DNA of 63,962 bases, the filler included, from Octopus bimaculoides (lineage: Eukaryota): NCBI RefSeq assembly GCF_001194135.2. It is 6 parts of 5 records of this genome, joined end to end, with 100 filler letters (N's around TTAATTAATTAA, not from the genome) between each part and the next. Parts side by side here need not be neighbours in the genome. Positions count along the whole stretch, not along the records: positions 1 to 18,460 come from NC_068984.1; 5 more parts are not named here. One strand, 5' to 3'. Below the pieces are notes generated by a model. That model saw only the letters and a list, made by a program, of their open reading frames with translations, had not been told where the DNA came from and ran no database searches. Position numbers and translations under genes: made by a program. Positions 1-11,911 of the stretch are shown here, one piece after another. Position 1 is the first letter of the stretch, and each line of letters opens with the position of its first letter.

Positions 1-57
<57 letters not shown>

Positions 58-180
58 GCACACATGTATATATATTTACATACATACATATATATATGTT
101 TATATATATATATACATATGTAGGTATATATGTATATATGCATGCATATATGTGTGTGTGTATATATATATATGCACATG

Positions 181-245
<65 letters not shown>

Positions 246-282
246 AGATAGATATATACATACGCACATACATACATACATT
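1..282. repeat. Compound (TA)/(CA)/(GA) microsatellite, representative of dozens in the window
   Basis: Direct reading. Similar tracts flank most N gaps. Confidence 0.97.
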
Positions 283-879
283 CATTAGATTCAGTTCACT
301 AGAATCAAATCCAAACTAATAAAAGAAATCACGCAGGTGTTGGCTTACTGAATGTGGTTTGCAAAAAAATCTTAATAAAACAGGTCAACCATAGATACAC
401 ATGGTGTTCTATATACATACATCTGCATCCACATGCTCATTTCCTTTACATGCCTACATTCTTACTTCTACATGCACATAGCTTTACATATATCCATGCA
501 TAGCACCATATTAGCTCTCATGTTGGATGAAGTGATTTTGCAATCCAGGAAAAGGAAATTGCAACAAAATATGTGATGCATAAATTGGATAGAGCTGCAG
601 GTAAAGCACTAGATGCAACAACTGATGCAGATTCTGTAGAATTAATCTTGAAGATGTAACTCTCATCGTGAGCAGCTTTTTGAAGATGTCACACTACTAA
701 CTTCCTGTGAAGCAATATGTCGTGGCAAAAGCATTATACTATGCAACCCATAGAAAGAATAGCTCTGAAAATAAAGATATATAAAGTGATGTAGAGGGTA
801 TAATATAAAATAATAATATAAAAGGTTAGCATAGTAATTAATATGTAAGCATAACAGATTTAGGATGGATAAGAGAAAT

Positions 880-1322
880 TGTGTGCAGTATGGATGAGGC
901 CAGTTGCATTAAGAAGTGCTGATCACTTAAAGAGGAGGGAATTGTGTGGAAGAAGGAGACCCAGTAAGACATGGGATGAAGTATTGAAGACCAATCTCAA
1001 ATTGCTGAACCTTACGAAAGAGATGACAGAAGACTGAAATATATGGCACATTGCTTTACTTCAGAAAACCCACCCACCACAACAGAATCGAGATCCTAAA
1101 ACCAAGATGCCATGTAAAAAACACTGATGCTGGCTCCATGTAGAAAGCACTGTTGATGGTGCCACGTAAAAGCACCCAGTAAAGTGGTTGGTGTTAGGAA
1201 GGGCATCCAGCTATAGAAACCAAGCCAAAATAGACTATGGAACCTGGAGTGACCCCTGACCTTGCTAGTGTTTGTTAAGCTGTCTAACCCATGCCAGGAT
1301 GGAAAATGGACATTAAATGATT
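880..1322 (+). mobile_element. Degenerate RTE LINE 3' end followed by its 3' UTR tail
   Basis: MDEASCIKKC*SLKEEG/RRPSKTWDEVLKTNL...IWHIA (with stops and a frameshift) aligns by eye to the 63069-63517 protein. It is followed by the GGCATCCAGC...CCCATGCCAG(C/G)ATGGAAA...GGACATTAAATGA tail seen elsewhere in the window. Confidence 0.8.
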
Positions 1323-1595
1323 AACTAACGGCAGGTTTGTTTTCGTTTATCTTCTCTTCATTTTTGTTCTATGTGTGCCATAAATATCGCCATCCGTTGG
1401 AGAAAAATTTGTAGTTAGAATTAGTAGTTTTTTAACTGCTATTTCTAAATTTTCAGTATGTTGGTGAAGCAACTCCTACTGATCCCTATATANNNNNNNN
1501 NNNNNNNNNNNNNNNNNNNNNNNNNNNNNNNNNNNNNNNNNNNNNNNNNNNNNNNNNNNNNNNNNNNNNNNNNNNNNNNNNNNNNNNNNNNNNNN

Positions 1596-1627
<32 letters not shown>

Positions 1628-1649
1628 ACGTAGTCATGGCAGCTACTGG

Positions 1650-1860
1650 TGTCATGCAACTGGCACCTATGTTGGTGGCATGCAAAAGCACCCATTATAC
1701 TCTCGGAGTGGTTCGCATTTGGAAGGGTACCCAGCCGTTAGAAACCATGCCAAATCAGACTGGAGTCTAGTGCAATTTCTCAGCTTACCAACCCTAGTCA
1801 AACTGTCCATCCCATGCCAGCATGGACAACGGATGTTAAATGACGATGATGATGATAATG
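1650..1860 (+). mobile_element. Family E tail copy ending in (GAT)n
   Basis: CCCATGCCAGCATGGACAACGGATGTTAAATGACGATGATGAT 3' end. Confidence 0.75.
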
Positions 1861-2659
1861 ATATAAACAAGCATCCATGCTATTTCTGTCAATCAACTTT
1901 TACTTAGATGGTATAGGTTAATCTTAAGTTATAGTAGAAGAGATGCGCACCAGGTGCCAAGCAGTGGGATGGAACCCAAAAGCACAGAGTTGCAAAGTGG
2001 ACTTCACAGTCACACAGCCATGTTTGCAACTATTGTTCATAGAACAAAAAAAAAAAAGGAAAAAATAACAAAACAAGAAAAGTAATATAAAAATGTATTC
2101 TTAAAAATCAGAAATTGAAACCAGTCTGCAAGTTTGATAAACGTACAGCATTTAGAATGACCCCTTGTCATGCACCAAAATTACAATAAGCATTTCAATT
2201 GCTTTGTCTGAGACTCTGGTCAATTTTATTAGTGCCAGGAGGCAGAGCATCCAGCTGTAAAAACAATTGCTCTAACAATATGTAAATTTACAGATTTACA
2301 AAAACACCATTTCTCCAATGGAAGCATGAGAAAAAAATAGACATAAAAAGATATGAATTAAGCTGGTCTGATTCTGTCTGTCAGAACAGTAAATAAAGAT
2401 AGTGAATAGAATTGCTCCACTAACAGCGGTAGCCTCTGTTTGCATGATTCAGATGATAATTTTTTTTTTTTGTTATTTAATCTGCCCATCATATATAAAT
2501 TAGTCCAAAAGCGGTGATTGTCTTTTGCTTTCAATTTTTTTTATTTCGTTTATAACCATTATACCATATTGTTGTCTAAGTGTTGGTATATATTTGTGTG
2601 CAATTGTGTACGCACATCTATCTATCTATCTATCTATCTATTTATTTGTACTCACATAA

Positions 2660-2713
<54 letters not shown>

Positions 2714-3122
2714 ATTTCAATACGTTTATACACTTGGAGAGAAAGAGATCAGATTGATTGCAACATAATGTGAAAATCAGAAAGATAAAAAATAAGGTTA
2801 ATAATGCAAACAACTTGAACTAATCTCGCTGCAGTTATTCCTCTCAGAAATAGAGATAACCAATTATAATAGTGACGCTAGCTTTTCATTTCATATCTAC
2901 AGCAATTTCTTCTATTCTTCAGGCTTTTTGTTATTACTATTGTTGTTGTTGCTGTGCTGGTGGTGGTGGTGGTGGTGGTGGTGGCAGGATTGTTTCCCTG
3001 GTTATTTACCTCCGGGTCTACAATGATCGAGAAGACCTATGAACCAAAGGTGTTCCATCTATAACCTTCATTTCTTCATAGATTGAAAACAGTGTATCTA
3101 AGACTACATTATTTGATATGTT

Positions 3123-3217
3123 GGAGGTGCAATGGCCCAGTGGTTAGGGCAGTGGACTCGTGGTCATAGGATCGCGGTTTCGATTCCCAGACCGGGCGTT
3201 GTGAGTGTTTATTGAGC
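3123..3217 (+). mobile_element. SINE family A, tRNA head only
   Basis: A box 3133-3143 and B box 3177-3188. Homology stops at ATTGAGC. Confidence 0.85.
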
Positions 3218-3269
3218 ACAAGGATCGATGTAATTGACTAAACCCCTCCCTCCAAAACTGTTGGCCTTG

Positions 3270-3693
3270 TACCAACCACATGGTCCCAGTTTCAGTCCCA
3301 CTGCATGGCACCTTGGGCAAGTGTCTTCTACTATAGCCTTGAGATGACCAAAGCCTTGTGAGTGGATTTGGTCAACGGAAACTAGAAGAATCCCGTTGTA
3401 TATGTATATATATATGTGTATGTATGTGTGTGTATATGTTTGTGTGTCTGTTTGTTCTTCCAGCATCGCTTGACAACCGATGCTGGTGTGTTTGTGTCCC
3501 CGTAACTTAGTGGTTCGGCAAAAAGATACCGATAGAATAAGTACTAGGCTTACAAAGAATAAGCTCTGGGGTCNNNNNNNNNNGATAGAATAAGTACTAG
3601 GCTTACAAAGAATAAGCTCTGGGGTCGATTTGCTCAACTATAAAGGTGGTGCTCCAGCATGGCCAAAGTCAAATGACTGAAACAAGTAAAAGA
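3270..3693 (+). mobile_element. SINE family D (tRNA head, CORE-like segment, internal microsatellite)
   Basis: TTCAGTCCCACTGCATGGCACCTTGGGCAAGTGTCTTCTACTATAG...(TA/TG)n...CCAGCATGGCC..AGTCAAATGACTGAAACAAGTAAAAGA. Confidence 0.9.
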
Positions 3694-4087
3694 GTATTAT
3701 TATATAACTATATTCGGATAGATTGAGACAAATTTCTACTGCATCACTTGCTACACCTCCATGTTGCAGGGGTGTGTGCAGCATTGCATGTTCTTTCCTG
3801 TTGTTGGGAGTGTACAAACTCTTGCTGGTACTGTTTTTTTTTTTTTTTGTCTTGAAGTGTGGTGCAATCTTTTGTTGTGTTATTGCTTGTATTGTGTATT
3901 TAGTGTGTAATGCTTTGGTTTTCTAGCTTGCTGAAAGTATCCTAGGTGGAATTTGAACTTAAAGCAACTTTGCTTTTCCTCCTCTCAAGATTGTAAAATA
4001 AGTACCAGTCCAGCACTGGAGTTGATGCAGTCAACTTCCTCCACTCTTCAAAAACTGCTGGCCTTGTGCCAAAATTTGAAGCCATTA

Positions 4088-4371
4088 TTTAAGCAAAAGC
4101 GAAATCGTGCTGGCACCGGTGCCCTGGCACTTGTGCCAGTGGCATGTGTAAGGACATTCGAGCGAGATCGTTGCCAGTGCCGCTGGACTGGCTCCCGTGC
4201 AGGTGGCACATAAAAGACACCATTTTGAGCGTGGCCGTTGCCAGTACCGCCTGAGTGGCCTTTGTGCCGGTGGCACGTAAAAGCACCCACTACACTCTCA
4301 GAGTGGTTGGTATTAGGAAGGGCATCCAGCTGTAGAAATTCTGCCAAATCAGATTGGAGCCTGGTGTAACC
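4088..4371 (+). mobile_element. RTE-associated 3' UTR repeat (family E) with ~65-bp internal subrepeats
   Basis: Two copies of CGTTGCCAGT(G/A)CCGC...GGTGGCAC(A/G)TAAAA, then the shared AGGAAGGGCATCCAGCTGTAGAAA tail. The 5' end AAGCAAAAGCGAAATCG resembles the RTE UTR near 62955. Confidence 0.8.
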
Positions 4372-5277
4372 NNNNNNNNNNNNNNNNNNNNNNNNNNNNN
4401 NNNNNNNNNNNNNNNNNNNNNNNNNNNNNNNNNNNNNNNNNNNNNNNNNNNNNNNNNNNNNNNNNNNNNNNNNNNNNNNNNNNNNNNNNNNNNNNNNNNN
4501 NNNNNNNNNNNNNNNNNNNNNNNNNNNNNNNNNNNNNNNNNNNNNNNNNNNNNNNNNNNNNNNNNNNNNNNNNNNNNNNNNNNNNNNNNNNNNNNNNNNN
4601 NNNNNNNNNNNNNNNNNNNNNNNNNNNNNNNNNNNNNNNNNNNNNNNNNNNNNNNNNNNNNNNNNNNNNNNNNNNNNNNNNNNNNNNNNNNNNNNNNNNN
4701 NNNNNNNNNNNNNNNNNNNNNNNNNNNNNNNNNNNNNNNNNNNNNNNNNNNNNNNNNNNNNNNNNNNNNNNNNNNNNNNNNNNNNNNNNNNNNNNNNNNN
4801 NNNNNNNNNNNNNNNNNNNNNNNNNNNNNNNNNNNNNNNNNNNNNNNNNNNNNNNNNNNNNNNNNNNNNNNNNNNNNNNNNNNNNNNNNNNNNNNNNNNN
4901 NNNNNNNNNNNNNNNNNNNNNNNNNNNNNNNNNNNNNNNNNNNNNNNNNNNNNNNNNNNNNNNNNNNNNNNNNNNNNNNNNNNNNNNNNNNNNNNNNNNN
5001 NNNNNNNNNNNNNNNNNNNNNNNNNNNNNNNNNNNNNNNNNNNNNNNNNNNNNNNNNNNNNNNNNNNNNNNNNNNNNNNNNNNNNNNNNNNNNNNNNNNN
5101 NNNNNNNNNNNNNNNNNNNNNNNNNNNNNNNNNNNNNNNNNNNNNNNNNNNNNNNNNNNNNNNNNNNNNNNNNNNNNNNNNNNNNNNNNNNNNNNNNNNN
5201 NNNNNNNNNNNNNNNNNNNNNNNNNNNNNNNNNNNNNNNNNNNNNNNNNNNNNNNNNNNNNNNNNNNNNNNNNNNNT

Positions 5278-5429
5278 TCTTTTAGGGAAACGTTGTCATC
5301 TGATGGTATTGATACATCAATTAGAAAGTATTTTTTTTCTTCATGATCTTTGACAACTATATCTGGTCTATTGGCCTTAATTTCTCTATCTGTGTGTATT
5401 GGCATATCCCACAGTATGATTGCTTTCTC

Positions 5430-5430
<1 letters not shown>
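5278..5430 (-). mobile_element. Fragment of a non-LTR retrotransposon with restriction-like endonuclease (R2/R4/Dong/NeSL-type)
   Basis: EKAIILWDMPIHTDREIKANRPDIVVKDHEEKKYFLIDVSIPSDDNVSLKE contains the RPD...IDV..P...KE motif of the PD-(D/E)xK RLE domain. The rest lies in the 4372-5276 gap. Confidence 0.88.

Positions 5431-5481
<51 letters not shown>
5431..5481. repeat. (TTA)n microsatellite
   Basis: About 17 perfect TTA units. Confidence 0.98.
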
Positions 5482-5483
<2 letters not shown>

Positions 5484-5900
5484 GACTTCTTTAAGTTTCA
5501 CTTGAAAAGGAAATTGAGAGTGGAGAAGGAAGTGCTGTTCTCGAATGGGTTTATTGAAAGGTGGGTGAAAAGTTGCAAAGATGGCAAGAGTGGATGTTAC
5601 CTTTCTAAGTGTAACTCTGTGAGTTGGAGAGAAGGAATTGTAGATGGTACTTGCTCCTGGGGTTTCAGGGAAATCTCAGGCAGTAGGGTTCCTCTATTAT
5701 CCCTAGAGGCTTTCCTGTATCAAAAGGGCCACATCTCTATCATCCTCCCTGCCATTTTCTTCTTTAACCTTTGTATGCTATGCATATGTCCCTTCTTTTT
5801 CAGTGTGTACCATGTATACTTTCTTTTTTTTTTTTTCTCATTTCATTATATGTAGACCCCCATCTATCTTTGTATTGCCCCCCCCCTCATCTTTCACCCT
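5481..5900 (+). mobile_element. Probable L1/Tx1-clade LINE ORF2 C-terminus plus 3' UTR
   Basis: DFFKFHLKRKLRVEKEVLFSNGFIERWV, continuing after a one-base frameshift as KVAKMARVD, resembles the F...W C-terminal tail of L1/Tx1 ORF2. A T-rich tail follows. Recognised by pattern only. Confidence 0.5.
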
Positions 5901-6221
5901 CGTGGCAAATAAATGAAATCATTATTGTTATTATTATTATTGTGTTCTTTATTTGAGTTGTATTTTTGTTTCAGAAATCTGTTTTAATGCTGATAATAAA
6001 ATCCACATATTTGCTAATATGCTTGAATTTTGTTATCTTAACAGCTTTACCTTATTTCATTTCTTCCCATCCCTCCAGATCTCATACATCACTTTTATAG
6101 TTCTGATTGCATGTTGTGTATATAATTTGTCTACATACAGTAGATGTATATATCATACATATAACACTTCACACTTCAAGGTATTGCTCTTTAGGTACTT
6201 GTTTCATGTTACTGGATATAC

Positions 6222-6289
<68 letters not shown>

Positions 6290-7232
6290 ATGTATTTATA
6301 TATGTATATGTGTATATATCTATATGTATGTCTATATGCATATATATATATCTATATGTATGTATAAATGTACATGTTTATGTATCTATATCTATGGGTG
6401 GGGGGGTTTATGTTTCAAATTAACCTTCCTAGAATACACCATATCTAAAACTTGTGTTGCATGTGCTTCTGTAGTGCAATCTTATTAAATCTACACAATG
6501 GGGATTCTCATAAACCCTTGTCAAACTTTTTCTGTTCTTTCTCACAACTGTTTGCTTTATTGGTCTTAATCGATGCTTTATATAGCTCTTGGTTTTGTTT
6601 TAAGTGTAGTTCTCTTATCATGTGTTTTAGTTTTGTGTCTTCTTTTTATGTGTCCAATTCTTACATCATTATATATCATGGCAAACACTATATTTTGTGT
6701 AGAAACACAAAACACAACAGGGAACACATGAAAATAAGTAATAGCTGTGTTTCTGTTGTTTTCTGGGATCTGAATAAGATCCCTATCAACCTTTGTGATT
6801 TTTGGTTTTGTCCTTTGATTTATTTGGTGATGATATGGAATTTTTTCCCCTTTTATTCTCATAGAATGCTGTGTTTCATTATACAAGTGTATTGGGATAG
6901 AAATGTCTTGTCGTGGTTTAATCATGTCCTTTTGTGTACTGAGTTTAAATTCCGCAGAAGGAAATCATCTTTGCATTTCACTTTTTTACCCTGTCAATAA
7001 AACAAAGTAATAACAGTCAAATACTCTCATAATATTTGTGGTTTTGTGTTGAGGCTTCAGACCAAATACTTTGCAGTATTTAGTCGTAACCTTATACATT
7101 CTGAGATCAAATCTTGCTGAGGATGACTTTAAATTTCATTCTTCCAAAATCAATAAAATTTTCATCCAATATGTTTCACTAGATTATGAGTGAGAGGTGT
7201 AGCTCTGTTCCTATAGCTGTTATATCTCATAT

Positions 7233-7617
7233 GTGGATGCGCAATAGCCCAGTGGTTAGGGCAGCGGACTTGCGGTCATAGGATCGCGGTTTCGATTCCC
7301 AGACCGGGCGTTGTGAGTGTTTATTAAGCGAAAACACCTAAAGCTCCACGAGGCTCCGGCAGGGGATGGTGGCGAACCCTGCTGTACTCTTTCACCACAA
7401 CTTTCTCTCACTCTTACTTCCTGTTTCTGTTGTGCCTGTAATTCAAAGGGTCAGCCTTGTCACACTGTGTCACGCTGAATATCCCCGAGAACTACATTAA
7501 GGGTACACATGTCTGTGGAGTGCTCAGCCACTTGCACCTTAATTTCACTAGCAGGCTGTTCCATTGATCGGATCAACTGGAACCCTCGACGTTGTAAGCA
7601 ACAGAATGCCAACAACA
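7233..7617 (+). mobile_element. Full-length SINE family A
   Basis: Colinear and highly similar to 16534-16926. Confidence 0.95.
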
Positions 7618-8299
7618 TATACCCCACATGTTCCAAGGAGTCAACAGTGAGAGACACAGCTCTCTATCCCTATAGTTCTTACATCCCATATATTCCACTG
7701 AGTTACCAGCAAGACACTTGAGGCTGAGAAGCTGCTTATAACAGTTCACAACTTTATAGTTTTGTAACTTAGTTAGTGAAAGTATGGCATATGTTACTAA
7801 GCCATAGTTAAGAATTGCTTTCTATGATTTAAAGAAGAGATTAAGGAGTGGAGTAATTTAATTGCATTTGTTTTATATATAATGTTGTATTTTGTGATCA
7901 ATAGCAGCATCATTAATTACCGATTTCCCATGAGCGAATGATTCAAAAGTGCATTTGAAGTGAATACGTAAACAGAAATACTGCTGCACCCTCTGGATAT
8001 CTTTGGGCTCTGAAGAACTCATACCTCATTAGCTTTATGAGTTCATAATAAGAAGTTTATTTAGTTTTTCTTTCTTTTTTTTGTGTGTGTTTTTGCTTTT
8101 GTACATTGGATTTGATGATAACACTTCAGAATAACCTTATTATTTTTTATGGGACACTAGTGAGGTGGAAAATTCGAACTTAGAATGTGAAAAACTAGAA
8201 AAGATACTACAAGACAAGGTGGTCTGCAAAATTCTGCCAATCAACTCCCCTATACTGGAATATTATTTATTGGCTCTAGGGCAGCAAACTGGCAGGATC

Positions 8300-8790
8300 A
8301 TAAACAAACCAGGTGAAATGCATAGTGGTATTTCATCTGTCTTTACGTTCTGAATTCAAATTCCACTGAGGTCGACTTTGCCTTTCATCCTTTCGGGTTT
8401 GATAAATTAACCCATTACCTACCAGTGATCTCTTATGAGATCACTTAAAAATTACGAATTTCGTAATTATCTGTCAATATTTACACATATCTAACCTTTT
8501 TGCTATATCTACTAGGTATATTTCTCTGATATTCAAATGAGGTTTGCTAATTTTTCACCCAATATCTTGCTTATTTCTATTTAAAATGTTATTTTGAAAT
8601 GTTATTTTGATCATTCCAGCGTGTTTCTAAGGCTGTTTTATGCTAGAAATCAAAAAGTTTCATAAAAAAAATTCCAGTTAATAGAATTATGGGAGGTAAT
8701 GGGTTAAGTATCAGTTGCATACTGGGGTCGATTTAATTGACTGCCGGCCTCCCCCAAAATTTTGAGCCTTGTGCCTAGAGTAGAAAAGAT
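8300..8790 (+). mobile_element. SINE family C, split by the 8411-8703 MITE
   Basis: GAATTCAAATTCCACTGAGGTCGACTTTGCCTTTCATCCTTTCGGG...GATAAATTAA|GTATCAGTTGCATACTGGGGTCG...CCTTGTGCCTAGAGTAGAAAAG. Confidence 0.9.
8411..8703. mobile_element. piggyBac-type MITE inserted into a SINE
   Basis: TTAA at 8407-8410 and 8704-8707, TIRs CCCATTACCT.CC / GG.AGGTAATGGG. Removing it restores the SINE sequence GATAAATTAAGTA(C/T)CAGTT. Confidence 0.92.
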
Positions 8791-9429
8791 TATTTATTGG
8801 CTCTGGAGAAAAAAAAATTATCAAAGTCAAAGTTGACCTTTGAACTCAAAGACTAGAGAGTTGGAAAAAATACCACAAAAGTATGCTGTCTAATGCTCTA
8901 GTTGCTCAACCAATTCAGTCTGTTAAAATGAATGCATTTCAATAACTTCTCTCTCCACTTCACATCATCTTCTCTCCTCTTCTGTCTTCCTCGACAAGTT
9001 ATCTTTTAAGTTTCAACAGAAATTTCTAAATACAAATTTGAAATAGTAAATTTGTCTTTTACCTGTTTCAGTCATTGGATTACTATTATGTTTAGGGTGC
9101 CAGCTTGAATGGAAAGGCTTTGGTCAAACAAATCACACTCAGCCCTTATTTTTGAGTCTAGTACTTGTTATATCTGTTTCTTTTCTAAAACTGCTAAGTA
9201 AAGAGGACATAAATAAACCCACACCAGTTTTCAAGCAAGACACACATGCGTGCACACACATACCTATCTACTTGCCTACATACATACATACACACACGCA
9301 CACGCACATACACACACATTCAACGCTTCTAAAAGCAAACTTCGTTTGTTTATTTACGTTTGTCGTAATTTGAATTTAACATATGAGAGCGTCTCATAAA
9401 GCGAGATTTATATATCTAAATTTGCAGTG

Positions 9430-9503
9430 GGTAGTTTAGCTTAATCGGTCAAAGCATCGTGACATGTAATCACGGGGATGTGAGTTCGAGTCCACAGCTA
9501 GCC
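9430..9503 (+). pseudogene. tRNA-Thr(TGT)-like cloverleaf (pseudo-tRNA or isolated SINE head)
   Basis: D stem GCTT/AAGC, anticodon stem CGTGA/TCACG with loop CATGTAA (TGT at 9465-9467), T loop TTCGAGT, imperfect acceptor stem, TTTT at 9512-9515. Defects are U33 to A, a 1-nt deletion in the T stem and a G-G mismatch in the acceptor stem. Confidence 0.65.
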
Positions 9504-10591
9504 ACCTACACTTTTCTCTGCAAAATAGGGATAGTTTATCCTGTTCAGGCTATATTATTAACATTATTCTGCGATTGAGAATTTAAAATCACTTCTTTAN
9601 NNNNNNNNNNNNNNNNNNNNNNNNNNNNNNNNNNNNNNNNNNNNNNNNNNNNNNNNNNNNNNNNNNNNNNNNNNNNNNNNNNNNNNNNNNNNNNNNNNNN
9701 NNNNNNNNNNNNNNNNNNNNNNNNNNNNNNNNNNNNNNNNNNNNNNNNNNNNNNNNNNNNNNNNNNNNNNNNNNNNNNNNNNNNNNNNNNNNNNNNNNNN
9801 NNNNNNNNNNNNNNNNNNNNNNNNNNNNNNNNNNNNNNNNNNNNNNNNNNNNNNNNNNNNNNNNNNNNNNNNNNNNNNNNNNNNNNNNNNNNNNNNNNNN
9901 NNNNNNNNNNNNNNNNNNNNNNNNNNNNNNNNNNNNNNNNNNNNNNNNNNNNNNNNNNNNNNNNNNNNNNNNNNNNNNNNNNNNNNNNNNNNNNNNNNNN
10001 NNNNNNNNNNNNNNNNNNNNNNNNNNNNNNNNNNNNNNNNNNNNNNNNNNNNNNNNNNNNNNNNNNNNNNNNNNNNNNNNNNNNNNNNNNNNNNNNNNNN
10101 NNNNNNNNNNNNNNNNNNNNNNNNNNNNNNNNNNNNNNNNNNNNNNNNNNNNNNNNNNNNNNNNNNNNNNNNNNNNNNNNNNNNNNNNNNNNNNNNNNNN
10201 NNNNNNNNNNNNNNNNNNNNNNNNNNNNNNNNNNNNNNNNNNNNNNNNNNNNNNNNNNNNNNNNNNNNNNNNNNNNNNNNNNNNNNNNNNNNNNNNNNNN
10301 NNNNNNNNNNNNNNNNNNNNNNNNNNNNNNNNNNNNNNNNNNNNNNNNNNNNNNNNNNNNNNNNNNNNNNNNNNNNNNNNNNNNNNNNNNNNNNNNNNNN
10401 NNNNNNNNNNNNNNNNNNNNNNNNGCTTCTTAGTAAGAAGCAATCCTTAATTCACTAATTTTTTTTCTTTTCCAACTATGCTTGTGTAAATATAGTGTTA
10501 ATTTTACTGGCTTCAGAGTGTTTCAACACCTATGTTCAGCAAAGCTGATGTCTTTTTAAGAGAAGCATCCTTGTTATATCTAATTCCTTCA

Positions 10592-10627
<36 letters not shown>

Positions 10628-10628
<1 letters not shown>

Positions 10629-10960
10629 TTTTATTATTTTACTTGTTTCAGTCATTTGACTGTGGCTATACTGGAGCACCACCTTTAGTCGAATAAATCA
10701 ACTGAACCGCTAAGTTACGGGGACTTAAACACATCAACATTGGTTGTCAAGTGATGCTGGGGGACTAACACAGACACACATACACACATGTATATAAGAC
10801 AGGCTTCTTTCAGTTTCTGTCTACCAAATCCACTTACAAAGCTTTGGTTGGCCCGAGGCTATAGTAGAAGACACTTGTTCAAGGTGCCATGCAGTCGGAC
10901 TGAACCTGGAACCATGTGGTTGGTAAGCAAGCTTCTTACTATGTAGCCATGCCTGTGCCT
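10628..10960 (-). mobile_element. SINE family D, internally deleted
   Basis: Same consensus on the reverse strand. Confidence 0.88.
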
Positions 10961-10984
10961 ATATCTATATCTGCGTGAGCGTTG

Positions 10985-11150
10985 TTGTTGTCAATGCCAC
11001 CAGACTGGCTCCCATGCAAGTAGCACGTAAAAACACCAGCACATAGAAATTAGCCTGGAGCAGCCTCTGGCTTACCGGTCCTCAGTCAAACCGTCCAACC
11101 CATGCCAGCATGGAAAGTGGACGTTAAACGATGATGATGATGAGGAGGAT
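10985..11150 (+). mobile_element. Family E tail copy
   Basis: CCCATGCCAGCATGGAAAGTGGACGTTAAACGATGATGATGAT 3' end. Confidence 0.75.
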
Positions 11151-11911
11151 GGTATATGTATATATATATATATGTAAATACAGTGTACATTTATACACAT
11201 AAGAGGTATCCATCATAGGATTCCTGGCACGCTAGAAAGAACAGCCAAAATCCAAACCAGTATTAGAGATAAACTTTGAAGGGAATGAAAAATAAAAACA
11301 TTTACCATCTATCTGCTGGACCATGGTTTCTGACTTTTTTCAGCAAATGAAATAATTTGCTAGGCGAAGTCTTCATCAACAGGTACGCCTAGATTAAACA
11401 TATAAGTACGAGGCAATCCAGCATGTGCCCTGTATTGATTATATATATATATATATATATATATNNNNNNNNNNNNNNNNNNNNNNNNNNNNNNNNNNNN
11501 NNNNNNNNNNNNNNNNNNNNNNNNNNNNNNNNNNNNNNNNNNNNNNNNNNNNNNNNNNNNNNNNNNNNNNNNNNNNNNNNNNNNNNNNNNNNNNNNNNNN
11601 NNNNNNNNNNNNNNNNNNNNNNNNNNNNNNNNNNNNNNNNNNNNNNNNNNNNNNNNNNNNNNNNNNNNNNNNNNNNNNNNNNNNNNNNNNNNNNNNNNNN
11701 NNNNNNNNNNNNNNNNNNNNNNNNNNNNNNNNNNNNNNNNNNNNNNNNNNNNNNNNNNNNNNNNNNNNNNNNNNNNNNNNNNNNNNNNNNNNNNNNNNNN
11801 NNNNNNNNNNNNNNNNNNNNNNNNNNNNNNNNNNNNNNNNNNNNNNNNNNNNNNNNNNNNNNNNNNNNNNNNNNNNNNNNNNNNNNNNNNNNNNNNNNNN
11901 NNNNNNNNNNN

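Noticed and set aside
3123-3217. tRNA-like sequences at SINE 5' ends as functional tRNA genes
   Set aside because: They continue into SINE bodies or match SINE heads and lack complete acceptor stems.
3532-3625. 42-bp direct repeat GATAGAATAAGTACTAGG...GGGGTC
   Set aside because: The two copies flank a 10-N gap, so this is an unmerged contig overlap.
4290-5501. 403-aa ORF and all other ORFs spanning N runs, plus YI/CV/HT-repeat ORFs
   Set aside because: Length comes from N runs or dinucleotide repeats. Only 5278-5430 has real coding similarity.
6452-7000. 182-aa ORF with internal acceptor-like site and downstream AATAAA
   Set aside because: Composition typical of AT-rich noncoding DNA, with no recognisable protein.
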